Assembly (NCBI GenBank): GCA_051294905.1
Contig: CM119378.1
Location: forward strand, 1,488,001-1,552,000
Length of the DNA stretch: 64,000 nt
Reading direction: 5' to 3'
Source of the DNA: Botryllus schlosseri
Taxonomy: Eukaryota
Position numbers and translations under genes: made by a program. Positions 28,961 to 41,500 of the stretch are shown one piece after another. The stretch's first letter is position 1. Each line of letters begins with the position of its first letter. The notes under the pieces were generated by a model. It ran no database searches, was not told the origin of the DNA, and was given only the letters and a program-made list of their open reading frames with translations.

Positions 28961-29586
28961 CGAACTGTCGATTCCAAGGCCAACTTTCGTCTGTCGCGAG
29001 TAATATATATATACATATATATATATCGGCTACCCTATGTCACTTTGCACCTTTCCTTGAGGTTTCAGTAAGTGGTTGCGATGACATTGGAATCGCGACG
29101 AAACAATGCTATGGGCTTGTGAAATTACAAATGTGATTTCAGTGATGACTCGCTGTTCACAATCAAACTCTAATGAGATAAATCAACGCATTGCGTGTCT
29201 TACATCAAGAAATTAGCAGACCGCAATTATATTCTAGTAAAAGGTTTGAACTGGAATCGCGTGTTCTGCTGTTGCTGGCGTGGTGCATATAATTTATTGC
29301 TGTAACGTGTAGCGCATATATATTTGTATTGGAGGGATTGATGTCATATTCCATTGAATCATTTTACTTTTCAATATGATTTGATATCATCATATACCGT
29401 GTTATGGTATATATATTTTTTCAGCTTCGCCTTTTCTCCGAGCAGGTGCTGTATCGACGATGACTGTTTTTGACTTCACAATTAGAGTGTGACGTCATAA
29501 AGCTTGTTCCGAAAGCTCGTGGCGTCTGGAACGTGCTTCACTTTAGTTACTCGACTTGGTCAGTTTTCTGCTAGTTCTGTATCGGG

Positions 29587-32500
29587 ATGGGGTCCGTTCT
29601 TATCTCGTATCTCGTGTATGGGATGCTGCTATTGGCTGATGCAAAGAAAAGTAGGTGCTATAATATTGTGATAGCATTGATTGCTAGCTATTACTTGATT
29701 TGTTGATCTCGGCGTCGTTAGTATACTTGATCAACTTTAGCTTTCGCCAGTTCTCTATCATATCGTCCGTGTCATGTCGCGTCAATCAATTTCAATGTCT
29801 GTGGTCGGTTTCTTGCGATCCATACATTTGAAAACCATGTTCAATTGCTGAACTATAGGCTGATTATTTATTTTTAAATTATTTCATTTGCCTTGATCTT
29901 TACAGGACTGAATAATTTAATTGGTGTAGTGATCCTCTTGATGGATGCATTGTAGCAAAGCGTCACTGTTTGTGACCTTCCGCATGATTCGTGGCAGTAT
30001 TGAGATTTTGACCAGTGCATACTGGTGTTAAGTTGATTCAACTTGAGTCACTTTGATAAATGAAGTTGACTTGACCGACTCAGTGCTTTAGAAATATGGA
30101 TTGACGGGTGACCCGAAGTGAAATTTTCAAGTCATTATCATTGGTATCAACTGAATCAGTGTATACCTGCCGGCGGGTGCTTCTTATATAGCAGCCAGAC
30201 ACCTAACAATGTTTACCTTGATCACCAATGAATGATTCCTATGAACATGTCAAAATTTATAAAGATCAAAATTAATTATTTTTCGTGTTAGGATTAGAGA
30301 TGATAGTGTTGAGGGTTAGAGGTGTGGGATGATGGGGTGAGGGTATTAGTGTCGGAGGTGGGTTTTGCGAATATTGTAAGATTAGGGTTGTGGCCGGGAA
30401 GGGTATTATGGCTGGCGTTAGTGATACAATACTCCCAACCCGAATGTTAGGATACCCTAACCCACCTCCAACCCTAATAACCCTCACCCACAACACTGAT
30501 ATCCGTCATTTCCAACCCTAATCTTATGATACCCTAACCCCCCTCCAACCCTAATTTCCGTCAACCCTCACCCCAGCGCGAAAATTAATTTATTTTGACA
30601 TTTAGAAATTTTGACTTGCTCATGAAAAACATTTATTGGTGTGGTGAATATTGCTAGATGTATGACTGCCTTCGAAAAAGAGACTTAGGCCTATACCTGA
30701 AGGCTATGTTATGTCACCGGTATAGTTATCAAGTTGAAGTAGTTATGGTTTTTAGACTGTAGATATCTTACTTTGAATCACTTGTTGGGGTGACCGTGCA
30801 TTTAATTGCAGTCCTGGTAAACGTTTATATAGTTTTTCAAGGTATTCTTCTACATCAATTTGGTGGGTAGTCCTGTGCTGCAAATATCACAATATATGGA
30901 CCTACTGCAGAGCAATGCATAGCGAATAACTGTTTTGTGTTTGATTTGTGTGGGCTTACTTAGCAACAGTTTGATCGCTGAGTCAGTTCGACCTTAGCAA
31001 TTGTATGTTATTCTAGGATTACCATGTGTCCTCCTATTTCAAGAAATCTATAATGTTCTCCTCCGACACCCAAAAGTCCCCTTTTTTTGCAGTTCATCCA
31101 CTTTTATAGCTTTGAGAGTCGGGCGACCGTATAGAGACAACTAAATACGCCATAGTGGATGTGAAATCTGGGTTTCGACAGCAAGGTTGACTAAAATAAC
31201 GGTCAACTACAACCGATTATATGTGGGGACGGGTCTTTCGGCAGTCTAGTCGGAAATTTGACCTTTTTTTAGTCAGCCCATCAATATTAGCAGACAAAAT
31301 TTCAAATCCATATTAATGAATGCTGCGTAATCTTGACAATACATGTCGTTGATCTATTATATATTGTCCTGCTTGCATATCTTTTCATTCTTTAGGTTAT
31401 AAATGCTCGGAAAATCCCGACAAGCAGTGCAGATTCCCGTTTACATATGAAGGAAAAGTCTACAATGAATGTGTTGATGGTTGGGATTATTGGTGCTATA
31501 TTGATGATGCCGAAAATTATGAATATTGCAAATTATGTGAAGGTCAGTGAAGATTATCTCATTACAACTGCCGATACAGTGAGTGATCCTTATATGTGAA
31601 TGAGAGCCAATGAGAGCTCATCATCTGAACTGTGGTAATTATTCGTAGGCCTTTGTATAAGTCCTCCCCGTTTTGCATTAGCTAATGCTGTGGTTCTCAC
31701 CTATTCAGCTAGGAGACCAGTATATTTTTAGACAAATTTTGCGGACCGGTGCACCTTGAAAAAATATACATTACCAAAAAATGTAATTACGAAAAATGTA
31801 TGCACCTCAATATCAAACATCGGAAATTTCAATGTAATGACAAATCTGCAGCTGGTTTTTGATGTTACATGTGTTAATCTTGTTCTATTGAAGTTTCTGC
31901 AAAGCCAAGTCAGGTTCTGGCTCGTTTTATTGATATTTTTATCATTTCAATACTCCGTAAGATTTCAATGAGATGAAAAGATAGGAATGTGTCTGAATGA
32001 CCTGGAGTAGTCTTTCAAGATAATGATATAAAATGTGCAAGAGATAAAAATGAAGTGGCATGTGACGGTAGGCGACGACTAAATGTCATATCTTGATAAT
32101 CTTGGTAATCTGGAGTGTACTCATTCTGAAGAATCTGTTTGTGTTCTGGCTTCGATTGTTCGGTTTCTTTTGAAAGAACTGACTCGCCTGTTTGCTAGCC
32201 TCTATTGTGCTGCCGAATGCCCCTTACTGCTGAATTCAAGGAATTTTGTTGAAGAAGTCTTTCCAACTTTCAAATATGACTGGCTTTGAACGAGTTGTAA
32301 TCTACTTTTAAAATCTTTCGGTACAACACTTAACAGCATTGTGACGTAGGCCAAAACAAAAGTACTCCACAAATTCTATATGGCAACACGTTTTCTCGAT
32401 CAATTAAAAATTGTATATTGCATTTCTCCTGTCAATGGTTTTTTTTTTTAAATTTATGGCATTTTGCAATCAAGCTGTAAAAAGTAGGCGACAATTAAAT

Positions 32501-35500
32501 ATATTTGGCATACCAGCAGGAAAGTTGATGCAGATTGTCGGTTGAGAATCTCTGCGGTAATGTATGCCGAGCGAGATAGTGTAATGGTTATGCGTCCGGC
32601 TTCTCGAGCGGTAGGTCGTGGGTTCGATCCCCGGCCGGGTCATACCAAAGACCCGAAAATTGGTATCCGCAGCTATCCTGCTAGGCGCTCAGCAATCACG
32701 GATAGCATGGAGGAGAAAAAAAACGGGGGCGCAGACTAGATGACCTCCTGGGGCCGTATCGCAACTCCGTCGTCAAAAGCATCTCGATGGTGCAGGCGAA
32801 AAAGAATATCATATCTCTCTCTCTCTCTCTTTGAAAGAAATGGCACAAACGTAGGACCAGATTTAAATCCGCACTAGATATGTTCCTCATCCAGCCTGAG
32901 ATGTATATCATCGGCTACAGAATTGAATTTGGAGTCCTCAAAATCGTTATTTTTATATTATTACTAGGGCTGGGCAAAATCGAGTACCTGAGTGATTCGA
33001 TTCTGAATCACGTAAAATGCTTCGAGTCGAGTCGAGTAATCGAGTATTACTCATTATGACGTCATAGCAGAATATTATCTGTCAAAGTTCAAATATGTAC
33101 CTTTTAAGCGACCACAAGAATATAATGCCTGTTATCCATCATATTAAGGATACTTCCAGCATACCGATTTCATTGCACTTGGTGACAATATTGTGGGATG
33201 ATCATGACTTCGGAAATGTGCTATTTCCAGTAACGTTCGTAGCTTTGTACTTCATGTTTCGTATGCTGCGATACCGCCAATCAAGGTTTCAAGGCTTCAA
33301 CAGTGAAATTAGCATAAACTCGTTGATCGTTGATAAACTCATCGTTGATAAATCAACTTTCAGTGGTGAGGAGCGTATAATTTCAGTACTCGAAAAAATC
33401 GTCTTTTACTACTCGACTCGAATCATTAAAATTAATACTCGATTCAGATTCGAGTACTCGAATCATTGTGCCCAGCCCTAATTATTACACCACAAGGATA
33501 ATTGAAAACGCTTTTATAAATCACTGTTGGACAACTAGAAAGTTCTTGAGCTTATCCCAATTACATTAGAATTAGAATTATAGTTACACAAAGTTATAAT
33601 TCCAATGACTTGGGAAATTGAATTAAAGTTCTGGCAAATGTCTGTGTACGCCAAGCTTGGCTTGTTTCGCACGACACAGTTCTCCAGTAGCATTTTCAGG
33701 AAAACCAGAAATTACATTAAAATTAACGATAGAACATCAGTCAGAACACTTCACGAATTAGATAAGATTTAGATAGTCGGAAATTTTTGCTCTAATTAGT
33801 TTGATTGGACAACTAGAATCATCCATTTGTTCAAGTGATGTTTTGTATTTGAAACTAGAGGGGCTCGAAGTCTCGGACCATCATCAAAGGCTAAGAGTCA
33901 GTAAAAGTTTTAGAACCACTACTGTTGAAAGTCCCCACTTATGGTTGCTAAAGCCTATGTGACGGATGTATTTAATAATTCATTACGCTCTACCAGTCCA
34001 CGTCTGTATTTTTAATACTGCAACAACCTTTATCAATGAAATCCACTTGAACATGAGAATTCAATCTTACAGTTCCGGACGCGACAACAACGGATCTCAT
34101 CAATGCAACTTCTGCTAAAACAACTCCGTCTGCTGATTCCAATTTATTATCAACTGTGTGGGCGACTGCAAAATCCGTAATTACGAGTAAGGCACCGACA
34201 ATTGATATTGAACATGAGGCATCTGCAATATCTGTATTGCAATCAACGACAACTGTTATTCCGGTATCAAGTTCAGCCTCGACTCTGCAGACAAGTCGGT
34301 CTGCCGAAAGCCGGAATAATCCAGGTGAAAGATATTGTGCTTTAAAAATCTTTCGAAATTTTATACTTTTTCAGAATAGTCAAGTAGGTTTTGGCGAATT
34401 GCACTACTTGCTAATGTGGTTATATTTCCACAGTACTGCCGATTCTGCTTTTTTGTAGACTACTTCATAGACAAAACTACTCAATTTTTAGGTTTTTGAT
34501 TCTGTGCAGGAGAAAGTAGTTCTCATGTATGGAATGGAAGGTTGGTTTTAAGGCACTTCTTGGTGAATAAAATTGTCATGCAGCTGAGCTAAATACTCCA
34601 CGATTCACAGTAATTTTTATTTCGAAAAATAGCACCTCACTAATCGCTTTGCGGAAGTATCGAAGATGTAACCTGCGTAGGCGCTGGACCCGGGTATGCT
34701 AGGCTTGTGCGGCATACATAGGAATTGTTTTGGGTATGCGGCATACCCAGAATTCCGTTAGGTCTGTAACTGACTGGCTGGTGAATTGATTGATTTGGAA
34801 ATAAGCAATGTATTTCGTAGTGCTGCCGAACATGTGAGCAAATCTGCAGCAATACATTCAGGCGCGTAGCGAAACCCCGTCCTTTTGAAATGACCATTCT
34901 GACATTAATATTCAATTGCAATTCAGTAAGTCGCATTTTATCAGTGTTGCGCGTGGCCATGGCGGATTAGCGAGAAGTGTGTTTCCAATTAGCGAGAATC
35001 AGAATCGTTTGTGCACAATGTAATGCAACACGCGATCTGCCGCTGAGATGATTGCAGAATTAGGTCATTGCTTGCGGCACGCTCTGTAATCGTCGCTGTC
35101 CTGATTTATCGCGTCTCCATCAAACCCAGTTCCGCTGGCTTGACGAATCGCATCTGCAATAGGCCCGGCGCGCACTATGCCATCGTTGGCCTACTTATTT
35201 GCGTCTGCAAAAGGTCTGGTAGGAAATAATGTCATCGCTGGCCTAACTATCGCATCTCGGGTCTAGCATGCTTAGGCTCCTTATCTCTCGATTGTGATTA
35301 ACACTAGAACGATCAAGTGGCTTTTTTGACGCATTTTCATTATTGAAAAGCTGGCCTTCAGTCAAATCTTACGCTGTTCGGCTGAAACTTCTTGACCATT
35401 TTATGTAGGTCACCTTACCTATGATTTTCATCACTCATCTAGTACAAATAAAAGAGTTATACACAGAACTACCTACAACTACCGAGTGGCTTTTTTGACG

Positions 35501-38500
35501 CATTACAGTTTTTCTACCTTCAGGCATCGCAGTTTCATATTCTTGAAAGTGGGTATGTATCTGATAAACGCAGAAAAGCCGTTTGTAACAACAGAACTTT
35601 GTTAATATCGACTTGGTCTAACTGTGTTAGCAACAACATCCCTTGTAATAGAAGGCCCTGGATCTTCCTCGTTCCGAGTCACCAAAGCTATGTAATATTA
35701 TATTTCTGAAGCTCAGCGTGTTACAGGACATGCCATTTGAAATGTACCATTAGACCAAGCCGACATCTGTATTGTCCATACTAATATACTAGGGTTGTAC
35801 AAGGGCAAAGGGCCTTTTCTCCGGTCTACGGGATGGATCTTTGGGGGGAGAGGGAGCTGAATCTAGTGAATTGAATGCATATGAGGACTGAGGGCATGAG
35901 TGCATTATGTTTAGTCAGGCCCTCTCGAAGAACAGGTTTATGGAAGTCATGAGCTTTCTATTGACATGAGGAGTAAAAAAAAGGTGTGGACTCGATAAAG
36001 ATAATATTGTTTTCGTTCATTACATGGTCGAAATGCCAGCAAATAATTGGGGTAAAATGTCAGATGCTGGACGCTGCTGCTACCAAGTATCTGTACAAGG
36101 GCGTCTCATATTTAGGCAAGAATAGGACAGGACACCTCTTCCATAATCTATACATTTGCCAAGCGTAGTAATGTAAAGAGTCTGATGTAATCCATCTCGA
36201 AACAATGTTACGTGAATGTGGCTGTATACGCTTGGAGAAGCAAACGAAGTCGCAGTTGACACTATTGTCAAAAGTTGCTTGAAGCTACCCAGGACCAGAA
36301 GGAACACAGGCAGCTTCATTTAGCCACACTTTTCAAAGCTATCATCTTGTTGATAAGCGTAACGGCGAGATGCCAGTGTAGAGATCGAAGTTGTACACAT
36401 ATACATTGAGTTCACTCCAACCGGAGGTAACTGTTTCCTTCATAAACAACACAAACAAGAAACACAACACAAACAAGAAACCAGTAACAGTTGAATGTTA
36501 TAACGAAACAAAACCAGGTGGTCAGGTTGCAAGGCAGTATTCTATGACGGTACCAACAAGTTGACGCCGGCCCGTGCATGTTTTCTTAGAATGTGAATAA
36601 TCTTCTACTTGCCAAAATGCTGATACTATAAAAATATGCAAATCAAGGATTAGTTGCGAAATTACATTATGCAAATCTTATCTGATAAGCTTTATGATAT
36701 GTCAGCAATAACCAACAATGATGATGTGGCTAAAGCGGATCTGGAACCTACTCTAAATTTTTAAAGAACGTGCTCAAATACCAAATGCGCACCATAGAGC
36801 AACACTTATATGTTACGCCAAAAAACGGCGATTTGTTTTTATAAGTGTTGACCTAAGGTGTATGTAAAATATTGCGAGTAGCTGTGAGCGCAATAAACAA
36901 TGGTTTCTGATGCCGTTTGTTGAGATTTGTGCTGATTTTTAGCTCCGGTAAATGCATTTAATCGAAGAAAATTCAACAAGCGTCAAAAAAGCCACAAGGT
37001 AATTTTAGGTAGTTCGAAGTTCCGGTAGTTCTAGTGTTGAAGATTGACATTGCGAAACTGAATGACATCGGATGTCCGCAAACATGTGCGTGCGATGCGT
37101 GCGTACATACGTACTTGACTTCCGCTAATACTTGAACATACCCATCAGAAGATGAGTGTCAAAGCTTGAGTTATTAAAGATGGGAAAGGTTTAAACCACC
37201 AGAAATCGATGCCATTATAGGATATAGACTTCATAACAACTCGGCTATGCGCCTGAATACATTGATCGAACGCGAGTATTTAGAAGATGCAACGCGAGTT
37301 AGCAAGACCAAGATGTCGACATGGAAGTGGCACTGCGCTCTAAAAATGTGGCCTCAAATTGAAGGGCGAAACGCAAAAATTTTTTAGCCGCAGCCATTGA
37401 TATCAGATCGCCGGCGTAATGGAGCTGCAATTTATTGAAACTTCCACAGGAACTTCACGCTCCAGCTGTCGCGGCTGCGCGTCGTTCCTTAACCCGTTAC
37501 ATGGCACGATGTCTTCACCGTCGCACTTGCTCGACGCGATTAGGCAGTCTCGTAGAAAACGATGTTTAGGTAGTTGTTGACATATTTGCTTCATAACATC
37601 GGCTGACAACTATCTAAAGTTCGTTCTCTGCGTTACTGCCTAATCGCCTAAATGCCTAATTTTTTCGTTTTGCCCTTCAATTTGAGGCCACATCAGTTTT
37701 AGAGCGCAGTGCCACTTTAAAGATGTCAATTTCCATAGGCGTGAAATGTGGCGATTGTCATCTCGTGCCGTGCAGGAATATGATATCTGATGCGCTGGCC
37801 GGAACTATCGCGTCTTCTGTGATTGTGATGTCAGACTGGCTCAGACATTGAACATGGACGGAATTGATTGAAATACATACTGACCGTGAACAGACAGCGG
37901 CGTAATTGATTTTGATTAACGATGGTACTAAAACGGAAAGATCAGAGAATGTCTTGCAGGCTCTTGATATCGAAAATTCTGACTCTTCTGAAAGCAGAGT
38001 TACTAATGAATAGAGTCCAGAACAGACTTTCCAGTTGGAAAAGAATTCCTGTAACTTCAGTTTATTAGTCGTCGCCAAGGATGCGTATTCGTTTGTTCTT
38101 GAGGCGGAGCGATTGAAATCTCCTGATTGTTGCGGGAGATTGCGAGCTCGCTAATAGACTACACAAATGCACAGTCGGACTCGCTAAATCTTATGGTAGC
38201 ATGATGTGCCGAGCATATGTATATCATATGTGCGAGTCCGTTACACAAGGATGCTGTCATTCGATCGATGTATTATTGGCATTGGTGCATGTACTTTACC
38301 GTAATAAACTGATGCTACCTTGGTAAATTTGAAATGAATTCAATCAATTGAGCTAGCGACCGGCTGGCTATAATGCGCCTGCTTAGTAGTGTCGTAATTT
38401 TGTCACCAAATACAAGTGACAGGTGATATTGAACGCTTGCGAGTCGGCTCATTTGTCAATTCTGACGCACTATGATGCTAGCCCTTTGTGACGTTATCAA

Positions 38501-41500
38501 TCCCGCATACCTAGGGAAAATTAGGGTTCAGCGCCTATGGTATCCTGCAATTTCAAGAGTAGCCACCTTCCAATTAACTTCTAAAAGTATACGACCCCTC
38601 GACTGAATCTACTTCTTGAAACTAAACTATCTGAGCACTTTGTCGACCTTGATTTGTGATTTCTATGTGAAGTCGTGTTGTCATGGAAATCGTCACTTCT
38701 ACTTGTACTTTAGTAGAAATTTACGCCGTTACTTCTACTGCTACTGCTCGAGTACCAACAATGAATACTTCAACCACCTCAGGTTGTATCACGACTTTTA
38801 GCTATTTCGATCCTGCACTGCCACTGCAATTTCTCCATTTTCCAAATCCAAAATTTTGCACTCCAATAACTTCGCTTCTATTTGTTGGAATTGAGCCAAA
38901 TTTGTTGTGAATCGTTTTTTCAGACAACCTAACAATTTCATGGGGTAACCAGACAAATTTGAAGACATTTTATATATATTTTTATTAGATAAATCCAGAA
39001 CTTGGTATGTAGCGTTTTTTTAGGTATCCCAACAATGGAATCAAGTACCCAGTGAAATTTGAAAAGAAGTTATTTTCAAACAGCCCTATTGTACCAGCAT
39101 CCAACTTCTTGCATTTTGAAATGCAATTGAGAATAATAAAATTACTAAACCCTAAGGAACGCGGTTTATTTCAAACATCCTCATAATGTTTTTTATTTAA
39201 AAATGCACTGTTGACGAATTTTAGAACCAAGCTGCTGTGGAAAGTACCCTACCTATAAGCGGCTATACCTATGTGATCGGATATTATATATTCTGCCAGT
39301 TAGCTTCTCTGTATTTCTAATGCAGTGGTATTATTATTGCCAACTTTTTTCAATGAACACCACATCAACTTGATAATTTGATTTTTCAGATTCCGAAGCA
39401 ACTACCACAACGGCTTACATTGATGCGACTTCTGAATCTGCAGATTCCGATTTATCATCCACTGTGCGTATGACTGCAAAGCCAGTAACTACAAATGAGG
39501 CATCGAAAATTGACCCTGATAATCACATCGAGGCATCCGCAATCTCGTCGAGCGCTACAGACGTGGAAGACAAAGCTACAAATTCACGTTCCTTGTCTTT
39601 CATTGTTACCTCTGTATTAAAATCAACAACGACTGTTAGTTCATCTTTGCAGACGACAAGTCCACCTTCTGAAAACAAAGAAAGCAAAGGTGAAATATAG
39701 CAGGCGGGTTGTGTTCTGAGGCGGGCAGTAATGAAATACTTGAATATTTTTGTTTTGATAGTACTTCCACTTTGGTTGAGGGTTTTAAGCAAAACTGCTC
39801 TCTTTGTAGACTTGGGATTTTGTGGAAAGTAGTTCATCTGTATGTCTGCATCGCCTCAACGAATGAAATTGTCATGCAGACCGAGCGCAATTGTACCCGT
39901 TTGTGGTGTCATTAATGATTTTGCGTTAGCCGCAAAGATGCACAATTTCATTATCCAATTCAAACGTATATTCATATTGAAGTAAATCCGAATATTTTCG
40001 GCGACACTTGTCGGGGGGTATTCGTCAGCAACTTCTAGAGAATAGAGAATTTGTATATCGACAACGGTACCGCCAAACATGGTCGAATTCTAAAAGTATG
40101 CGGCAAATCTACGTTGTGAAACTACTTGTGCACTTTTCGGCCTTCATTTTCAGTTCAGTTTTGACTTGTCTTGGAAATCAATACTTCCACTTCTACTTGA
40201 TTTAAAGTAGGCGTTTACTTCCACTGGAGTACCAACCATGACACTCCAGTACCGATGATGACGACTTTTGACCTCCTGTGGTTGTATTATGACATATACA
40301 GCTACTGCGATCTTGAATTGTTGGATTGCTCCGAATGTTGAATATGCCGCTTGATTTCTTATGTAAAAAAACTGGCATTATTTCTTTTGACAGTGTCGAG
40401 ATGTTCGATGAATAAAGAATACCCGTGCCAGTTTCCGTTTGAACACGGGGGCAAGCAACACTACGAATGCATATACAGCTCCTGGACCCGCAATTATTGG
40501 TGCAAGAACAAAGAGCCGTTGACGCACTTTGCCTATTGCGAGATATGTGACGGTATGCAATGATTTGCATTGAAAGGGAATGATTGCAAGTGTGGAATCG
40601 GCGCTGAAACTGTTATACACAGTGTTTCAGTTTAGCACAGTGATTTGAGGTGTTTAGTTCCTAACGATCTCGAGTTCTCGACAGCGAATCGTGTAACGCA
40701 GGGGGTTCCAGACCTTTCAGAATTTTAATAAATCAATGACCATCATCACCAACCTTTGAAAAAGTTCGGAAACAAATATTTTCATTGGTAAAAATACCGT
40801 TTATACCTGGGGCTCCCAGCCTTTTTTACGCCGTGGTCCCCTTTTGAGAATTTTTGAAAGTCAATTGCCCACTGCTTTTTCAACCACTTCGCAAAGTTGA
40901 GGACCGTTGTTTATACTGTGAGCTAGCCGGTTAGTTGAAATGATAAAATGATATCAATACAACACGCGATAAACATGATCGCAAATTAATAGTTGTTGCC
41001 TATCCGGTATTGATGGTCAGGCTTGTTTTTGCCGTGGCAATGTCTTCATTGCTCTGTTGTTGTTGAAAAGAACCAGCTACCTGTCATATTGGATATGCAA
41101 GACGCTATGTTGCGTTGTGTTCATTGTTGTAAATCCACATCAATGGCAACGGCACATCCTTCTTCTAGCGGGGTAGCAGTTGCAAAAATTTTAGAAATAT
41201 ATTTAGCAATCTAACTGTAAAACAAAAGTAGCTTGCTGCTATGCTAGCATTTTTATGAAATTTTAATTCATTTCTTTTATTGTGGAGTCGACCCAATATT
41301 AAAATGTCAATATTAATAAACCTAAATGTGAAACAGTACGTTAACTTGATGTCAAGAAGTACCTTACAGCTGGTCTGCTATTTTTGTTCAATTTTTATTT
41401 AATATGGAGTAGACTTGAGTTGAACATATTAATACTAATATATTTGAATATTATATTGAAATGAACCCGGATATTTTCGGCTGACACTCGTCAGGGGTAA

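Noticed and set aside
29490-29497. CRE (TGACGTCA) as gene A promoter element; others at 5174, 33057, 62111, 62133
   Set aside because: An 8-mer without functional or conservation evidence, and one copy lies inside a MITE.
30290-30580. True telomere-telomere fusion site
   Set aside because: Repeats are highly degenerate and enclosed by non-telomeric inverted arms, and similar tracts occur elsewhere in the window.
32566-32640. Functional tRNA gene
   Set aside because: No complete acceptor stem or poly-T terminator; it continues into a SINE body and a (CT)n tail.
37758-38078. 106-aa minus-strand ORF as a nesprin upstream exon or new gene
   Set aside because: No helical-repeat character, no convincing splice sites and no recognisable motif.
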